In this document: positions 56,304-64,000 of the stretch, in pieces | Layout: each line of letters opens with the position of its first letter | Position numbering within the stretch: position 1 is the stretch's first letter | Origin: Octopus sinensis | Lineage: Eukaryota | DNA length: 64,000 nt | Direction: 5' to 3' | Assembly (NCBI RefSeq): GCF_006345805.1 | Contig: NC_043000.1 | Location: forward strand, 89,342,001-89,406,000 | Notes under the pieces: model-generated | The model's input: the letters and a program-made list of their open reading frames with translations, nothing else | Databases searched by the model: none | What the model was told of the DNA's origin: nothing | Made by a program: the position numbers and the translations under genes

Positions 56304-56468
56304 TGCCGGTCAAGTAGTGTGGAGCGACTGACCTCCCTTGTTCGAAGGTTATATGGATACAGTTTGTGTATCAAATAGCTAACTTAAGGCGATGGCCTCA
56401 TGGAGCTAATAAGCGGACAGCTTTATTCTTATTTTTATAAGAATGCCATATTAGTATGGCGATAAGTA

Positions 56469-56535
<67 letters not shown>

Positions 56536-57496
56536 ATATAATATATATATATATACACAATAAAAAATTAATATAAACACCAGGTTGCAATGTTCCGCGA
56601 AAGAGGAGAATTATAATTGTCACTAAGTGTGACTAGGCTGTTGAAAAGCCCTTCCATTGCTAGAAATAATATCTAAAATGCTCTAACGCACATGAATGAA
56701 AACATATACACTAACACTGACGTCAGTTTCGGTAATTTCCGTTACCACATCTCTGTTACTATATATATTTTCGTCATCAAAGTTAATGGATGATTTTGCG
56801 ATTTGCTAATGTGTATAAAGCGTAGTCTATTCATGAATACTTCATTCCGAAGTTACTACATATTTTTGCACGCACGTTTACGGAACTCCATTATAAGCAT
56901 GTATTTCTTAAAAATAATATTGATAAAATATGTATATATATATATATCTTTCGCTCGCTTACTTACCCTTCTACATCAACTACAATGCTATTTTTTGTTT
57001 AAGCTATAAACACCTTCTCAAACACTGATACTTGATTTTTCTCTCTCAGGACCGTATTAACTTTGTAACATCTGTTCTATTAATGCTCTCTTTCCTTAAA
57101 GAATGATTTACAAAAAATTCAGAGAGAACATTAATAACAATTACATCAATTTTTGTTTTCATCATATACGATAATACAGCATGGTCTGAAAAACAAAACA
57201 GCTTTGGGCATCGTCTTTCTCTTTATTGATTCTACAATAAAAAGAAACAAGAAATTTATGCGTTTTCCTTATCTCTATTTTCCAAGAATTTTCCCGATAA
57301 CTGCATGGTTACGCAATTTCCTATTTGTAAATATAAAATCATTGCACACGATAAGGCACAGAGTACAGTTGTTCTGGTTTGTAATAAAACAGCTAAGTTA
57401 ACTTGTCTTAGGAGATTTATTATATTGGCGAGAATTATCTGAAGTTTCCTTGCTATAATTATACGATCGCTACACCTTGTACCCTAGCCAGTTGCT

Positions 57497-57562
<66 letters not shown>

Positions 57563-59714
57563 ATATATATATATATATACAGAAAATCATCGATAAGGCA
57601 AGAAAAAATAAATATATGTTAATATAACAAGGCAGTAGGTTCGCCTTTGTTTCCGTAACTTACGATGACAATCATAGTGTCATATTGGTTCTGCTGTTGA
57701 TACAAAATAGTGTTTTTTAAACAATATAGTAACATCAAAGTGTCAATAAAACCTTGTGTTATATTTAACGTGAATATAATTTGAAATCAAACAGATATTA
57801 ATGTAGAACAATGTTTATAATAGCGTTATAAACGGCTGATAATACCCAATAGATTATATTATAAAATCATGAGAGCGGAAAATATTTCATAGGGATGGAT
57901 TCTGCGTGAAAAACAGTTAACTGCAATATATTTTTAGTCAGTATTTAAAGTGTTGGTGTTTACCAATGTAGAAAAATTTATGGACCTAGCTGACAGAACC
58001 GTAAAGACGTTCGCTTCTGATTTACAAAGTTTCGGACTTAATCCCAATACGTGATATTTTGAACAAATGCTATATACGGTAACGTCGAGTAGGCTCGAGC
58101 TTTATAAGTAAATTTCGGGAGACGGAAACTGTTTACAAGCTTGTCAGTTGGACTGTACCCGTAATTCACAGATCTAACCTTATTACATATCTTATACTGA
58201 TTCAGATTACGGCCTACTCAGCTACTTTGAAGCTAATTCAATGAGCCAGTAAATCTGCTGATCAAACAGCTGAAACACATTGAGACCGTTGGAGGTCTAT
58301 TTACAAAAATCAAACACAATAGAATTTTTTCGGTCGACATTGACAGTCTTTGTTTAACGTTTATTCATCAGTCATAGTTTTACGTGTATTCGTCGGTCAT
58401 AGTTAATGTTTCTTTATCAATTATAGATTAACGTGCATTGCTCTATCATATTTTTTTTTATTCATCGTAGTTTAACATTTAGTCACACATATATAGAATT
58501 TGTTTCAATCTCAAATAGGCAATACTTGCAATCCCTCGCTCAGTAGAGACATTTCGCACAATATTCAGCAGGTGTCCTCTGCCATAGATTCGCCATAGCT
58601 TCCAGTTCAAGGAAGTGTTGTGAGTAAAGTTTGGTAGATAGAAAACTTTGAGCAAACTTTTAGTGGAAAAGAATATTCTGGAAGTTGGGTGGTAGAGTTG
58701 ATCAGTAACCACGTTTCGCAAAAGCACTTGGCCCTAAGCGAAGTATGCTTGATTGCAGATATTGGAGTTAGATTTGTAGCCAAAAGAAAATTTACTCACT
58801 TTCTTCCACAAATCTCAAAGAACCTGTAAAAGTATTAGGCACTGCTTTTCTTCGTGTGGTGAGGTCATTAACAACAAAATAAAATGGTGGAATGAACTAA
58901 GGTTCAAAACTACTCATCGAAGGCAAAACTCGACCAAGCCTTTTTCCCTTTCTAGGGCTCTTCTCCCTTTACTTATCCTGTGTATCACGTGATGCACAGA
59001 ACATATTGCCCTGATGTCTATGCATCATGTATGGTACACACGCCCAATTTTTTTCAACAACAGAAGTAACTTGAGACTTATTATAAAACAGCTTTGTATT
59101 ATTCACAACGTATGAAACAAGGGTTAAATTAAAGTTCGAAAACAAGCATGAAAATGCTTTGTACTGACAAAAGGTTAAGCAATAACCAGCATTACTACTA
59201 AAGTCAATTGAATAGGTAGAGCTCATCCCTACAAAATAGAGAATTACGAGTGCCGTGTCCCATATTATTAGTCAAAATTCACGCTGTAATAGACAATAGT
59301 TGGCTGTCCTTAAGTAGAGTTGATCAGCTAATATGCAACGTTACCACAATTTCATTACAATGACGTAACAGTTACGTCATTCTTTTTAAAACTGAACCCG
59401 CTTGTTTTAATTGTTCATTGTCCAACCCTCATTAGTTCTTATTATTGGTCAACATCATCAACGGTGTAAGTAGTTCATTTATTTATCGATGATAATTTAA
59501 AGTGTAAGGCGGAATGAAATCGACATCAACAATATTTGCGCTACGCCTTCGATATGATTTCAATTCCCTTTCGTTATTGTAATTGTTGGTTACAGGTTTC
59601 CATGGGACTAATAACATTTTCACAGCCTTTGTGACGGCAATAAACATAAATAAAGAAAATCCAAACACCGCCTTTTTTTTGCTGATCAATTTGTAAAACC
59701 TTCACTGATATATA

Positions 59715-60914
59715 CAGGGTACGTAAGATATTTGAGGATAGATTTATGTTTATAAAAAAAAACATATATATAATAACAGATGATAACTATATTGATCAAA
59801 CAATGCTATGAGGATAAATATAAACCTTCTTTTCTATAATGTTATTCAATAAAGCCACCTTCAACTTCAACAACTGCTTATATATCAGGCTTAAATCATC
59901 TACATGCTCGAATCAAGAGGTCCTCCTGGTTCGTTTTGGACATTACTCTGACTATGGCAGCTTTCAAAGAATCTTTGGTGTTATGGGCATATTCATTGAC
60001 CTCTCTCTCAACAAAGCTCCGCATGTAATTGTCCAATGTATTGAGATCTGTGGAATTAGGAGGCCAAATGTTAGGGGTTATGTGATCATGAAAATTTTCA
60101 GCCATCCGTTCCTGTATTACTAGAACCATATGTGATAAGGCCGTGTCTTCCTGAAACACATTGCATACACTGTCTATCCAGGGCTTAACAATTATTTCCA
60201 GGACCCCAATGTAGGGGTCAGAGTTAACTCTAATGCCTTGTGGAAAGAAGTAAGGAGGCATCACATGCACTTCATTGCTGACAACCCCTAAAACTATGGC
60301 AGGTGCAGGAAATTTTGTATACATTACACTTGGAACTTCAGAAGGGTTTGCACACAACCATCTGTCATTTCTTCTGTTAACTTTTTTATCTTGGTCGAAA
60401 TGTTTCTCGTTTGGATTGTTCAGTTTGTTTAAGGGCCTTTTAGATATGACGACCATTCCTCGTCATATAAGACTTATATCTGATGTCTTTGTGGAAAATA
60501 TGTCTGACTGTTCCTTGTGACACATGGAGATCTTTTGCAATTGACCTCATGGACTTTCTAGGATTATCATCAATGGTCTGTTGAACTTGCGGGATAAATT
60601 CAGGTGTTCTGATGATTTCAGATCATTTAGAATGCTCTTTACGCTTTGATACTGGTGATACGTTTCCATCTTCAGTCTGTAGCTCCTTACAAACTTTATA
60701 GACGAAAGAGCTGGCAACTTTTAGAAATCGAGATATTTCTAAATCGTTATGCTCAGCCTTTATAACCACAATAACAGCATGCTTTTTTCTTTTCTTGAGT
60801 AAGCTGAGAGTCAGCCATTATTATTTTCTGAAATAAAGATTATACAGAGTTAGCAAAACGAAAATGCAGCAATGACCCAGAAAAGGAATGTCCCTCAATA
60901 CCTTACACACCCTG
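59715..60914 (-). mobile_element. maT-type (DD37D) Tc1/mariner element, degenerate
   Basis: ~25-bp TIRs (CAGGGTACGTAAGATATTTGAGG / CCTCAATACCTTACACACCCTG). Transposase runs from ATG 60818 to stop 59842 with lesions. QED...WPPNSTDLNTLD has 37 residues between the second and third Asp. Confidence 0.85.
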
Positions 60915-61033
60915 CATATATATATATATTTGAAAAGGGGAATAGAAAGTTTAAATAACTTTATATATAAACTTATGGGCACACACATATATATGTAGAA
61001 CACTCACACAGACGCACACATATATATGTATAT

Positions 61034-61092
<59 letters not shown>

Positions 61093-62725
61093 CAGTTGCG
61101 GCCAAAATGTTCAGAACGGCATTGTTTTCGCCAGAAAAGTAGATATAAGTTTTTATCAATGTTGTTTTGTGTTCTATAATTTTCACAGACAATAAATACG
61201 ATATTAATTGTTATTGTCTGAGATTTTGGTGTAATTTGAGAGGATAATACAAAAATTATGAATGATTTAGTGATCTACTGCAAAACCCATTGCGGCCAAA
61301 ATGATCAGAACGGTTGAAAAAATAACAAAATAATCAAAAATGACAGAGAATACTGGAATTATTTAATATTTAGTGTGAAGCCCTTTAGCTTCAATCACAC
61401 TCTGACATCTTTGACTGCATGGGGAAGTTAAATTTTCAATTTCTTGCTAGGTGATCTTATTCCATTCTTCCTGAAAGGCATTCCATAATTGCTCGGTTGT
61501 TTTAGGATTTCTGGCTTTCGACCGTTCTCCTAGAATATTCTACACATTTTCAATAGGATTGAGATCTGGGCTTTGAGCAGGCCAATCCATAATAATAACC
61601 TTTTCAGCCTTGAGTAAGTTCATGACCACCTTAGCCTTGTGACATGGGGCATTGTCCTGCATGAATATGGGTGGTCGCTTAGTTGAATTTCTCAGCACAG
61701 GCAAGACATGATCTTTTATAAGTTGTTTATAAACTCCTGTATTTACCTTTCCGTGTAATCGCACCAAAGAGCCCACACCATCTCCAGATATCATCCCCCA
61801 AACCATGACACTTCCTCCACCGAATTTAACACTAGTCTTAAGGCATTCAGGCGACAATTTTTCACCTACGTTTCAACGAACGTACCTTTTCCCATCTGAG
61901 CCAAATAACATAAACTTAGATTCATCACTGAAATGCACCGTTTGCCATTTTTCTTGAGACCACAACACATGTTCGGTTGCAAAGGTAAGACGACAGTTTT
62001 TTTTTATTTTTGGAGCTGATCAGTGGCTTCACTACAGGTTATCTTGCTTGTAGGTTATGTTCAACTAAACGATGAGACACAGTTTTTCGAGATAACGTTT
62101 TCTTCAGTACAATGCTCATTTCCCAAGAAACAGCAGCAGCAGTTTTAAATCTGTCCTTTTTAACCAACTTTACCATAGCACAATCTTCTCTCTTGGTCGT
62201 TTTTCTTGGTCTACCTGTAGACTTTCTTGTTTCACACGAACCACAATCATCGAAGACCTTCAGAATACCGTGAGCAACACTTTTTGACTTGTTAACAATA
62301 TTAGCAATAGACCCAATACTTAAATTATCCTTCTTTCGAAGCTTAATAATCTGCTGACGAATTGGTAACGGAGTAAGTGGTATTATATTAACAAAGTACA
62401 CTGCAGATATTCTTACTAATGTTTAGTAAACGAACCATCACGTAAACAAATTCAAAACATTAGAGTTCGCCGGTTAAATATACTAAAACACGGAGTAAAA
62501 GCAACCGTTCTGATAATTTTGGCCGCCATAGGTTTTGCAGTAAATCACTAAATCATCCATAACTTTTGTATTATCCTCTCAAATTACACCGAAATCTCAG
62601 ACAATAACAATTAATATTGTATTTATTGTCTGTGAAAATTATAGAATATAAAACAACTTTGATAAAAACTTATATCTACTCTTCTGGCGAAAACAATGCC
62701 GTTCTGAACATTTTGGCCGCAACTG
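61093..62725 (-). mobile_element. Full-length Tc1-like (DD34E) transposon with IR/DR termini; transposase pseudogene
   Basis: TA on both flanks. ~224-bp TIRs (61093-61316 and 62502-62725), each with outer and inner copies of tgcggccaaaatg.tcagaacgg. ORF ~62401-61363 has GRPRK, FSDESKF, QDNAPCH and SPDLNPIE (34-aa spacing), with at least 4 in-frame stops. Confidence 0.95.
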
Positions 62726-63519
62726 TATACATACGTACATACATACATACATACATACATACATACATACATACATACATACATACATACATACATACAT
62801 ACATACATACATACATACATACATGTTTGTGTGTGCGTATGTGTGCGCGCAAGTGAATGTGTATGGAACACAGTAAGATTGAATTCGGAATGTGTTGCAT
62901 GAGTATCATTGTTAATTCTCTCAAGAAATATACGTATGATTATTTATTTCAGCTTGCCTTGAAAATAGAAGATATCGCCTCATGAAAGCGAAATTATGTT
63001 AAATATGCCAGAGCAATATAATAAGCAATTTTTCCGATATGAAGTCAAGTAGAACTGTTTATAGTTGATATGTGTAGTCTTGCATCGTAAATGCCAAAAG
63101 ATTTTCCTTTATTATTGCGTTTAAACCTACTCTTTTCGTGTAATGCAAACTAAAGTTGCTATAAGAGGCATTTATAATTTGTCATGCTGTATACGGAAAT
63201 TCGATGTAAGTTAATAATAAATTACTCAAAATAATTTCTCTTTTTTCGGCAAATTTAACCAACTTTTGTCATGAAATACTTAAAGTCTATTTGAATGCAT
63301 TACTTTCTTTTGTCCCTTATCGACAAGCTATTTGTAAAGGGTTGTGGGTAGGATAGAACTAAAAATTTGTTGTGTGATCGAATAATTATGCAATGACAAA
63401 ACATTCGGATGAACTGAACCTCGAGATATACAGCGATGAAAGAGAAAATATAGAGTAGTCTTCTCTGAAAATGATTCATTAGTATTTGCAGTATCTTTCA
63501 CTTGGCTTAGCTTCGTGAG

Positions 63520-64000
63520 CGAAGATTGTCTGTTACAGGCTTGCTGATGCCCCACGAGTCCAATTCAAAATAGGCATGTACAGCTGTGGAGAGTGCATGA
63601 GAAGGTGAACTAGTCAGCGCTTGTCGTGTTGTCATTTTTTTACTTCTTTTTCGTCTTGTTTGCAAGAAGAATATTACTAGTGATTTCAAAGGGGGACACT
63701 ACCCAAAGGCTTCACAGACAGCGGGAAGAACCAACCACTGACGGCGATCAATGTATCAGACGCCGAAGGATTTCTCTAGGGAGCCTTTGTACCTCTTCTT
63801 TGGTGGTCCTTTATCAAGGACCAAGGGAGATTCCACTATATAGCGTGATCTTGGGTAGTTGATTCTCCATCTTGGTGGTGTCTCTTCAACAGAGATGATT
63901 TGGAGCTGATGACTTTCGACTGCTCAACGACCTGGAGGAGTTTATCCGCGGTATAAACCTTTTACATATAGACATACTTAACAGTTTCTTGAATATACCT
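63520..64000 (-). mobile_element. RTE-like LINE 3' fragment
   Basis: Broken frames read LPKITL...KGPPKKRYKGSLEKSF...IDRRQW. Confidence 0.5.

Larger units (their letters stand above)
55703..56465. mobile_element. Penelope-like terminal block with nested inverted/direct repeats (X-Y-X'-Y'-X'')
   Basis: 55703-55823 is inverted at 56049-56170, and 55824-56048 is inverted at 56189-56410. The block is flanked by (TA)n and contains two hammerheads. A fragment of X also occurs at ~9662-9735. Confidence 0.8.

Overview
AT-rich, microsatellite-dense eukaryotic genomic DNA. The tRNA-derived SINE families look like those of Octopus, so a cephalopod source is inferred. Most of the window (53943 down to 3670, minus strand) holds one large spliced gene, reconstructed by hand from 15 GT-AG exons. 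Four are 27-39 nt micro-exons that the ORF track misses. The product is a secreted protein of at least ~1110 aa: signal peptide-[VWA-TSP1-Pro/Thr linker]x2-VWA-linker-VWA-linker-VWA. It probably continues beyond base 1. All five MIDAS motifs are intact. One exon carries a 1-bp deletion, either an assembly error or a null allele. Introns and flanks are full of mobile DNA: a full-length IR/DR Tc1 (DD34E), a maT-type element (DD37D), mariner remnants, a fold-back mariner, a hAT MITE with an 8-bp TSD, RTE, Tx1 and Dong/R4 LINE fragments, and three SINE families. Several Penelope-like repeat blocks sit inside (TA)n arrays and carry minimal hammerhead-ribozyme motifs, including an inverted pair with the U3-A8 compensatory core about 2 kb upstream of the gene. 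Most ORFs in the supplied track are microsatellite artefacts.
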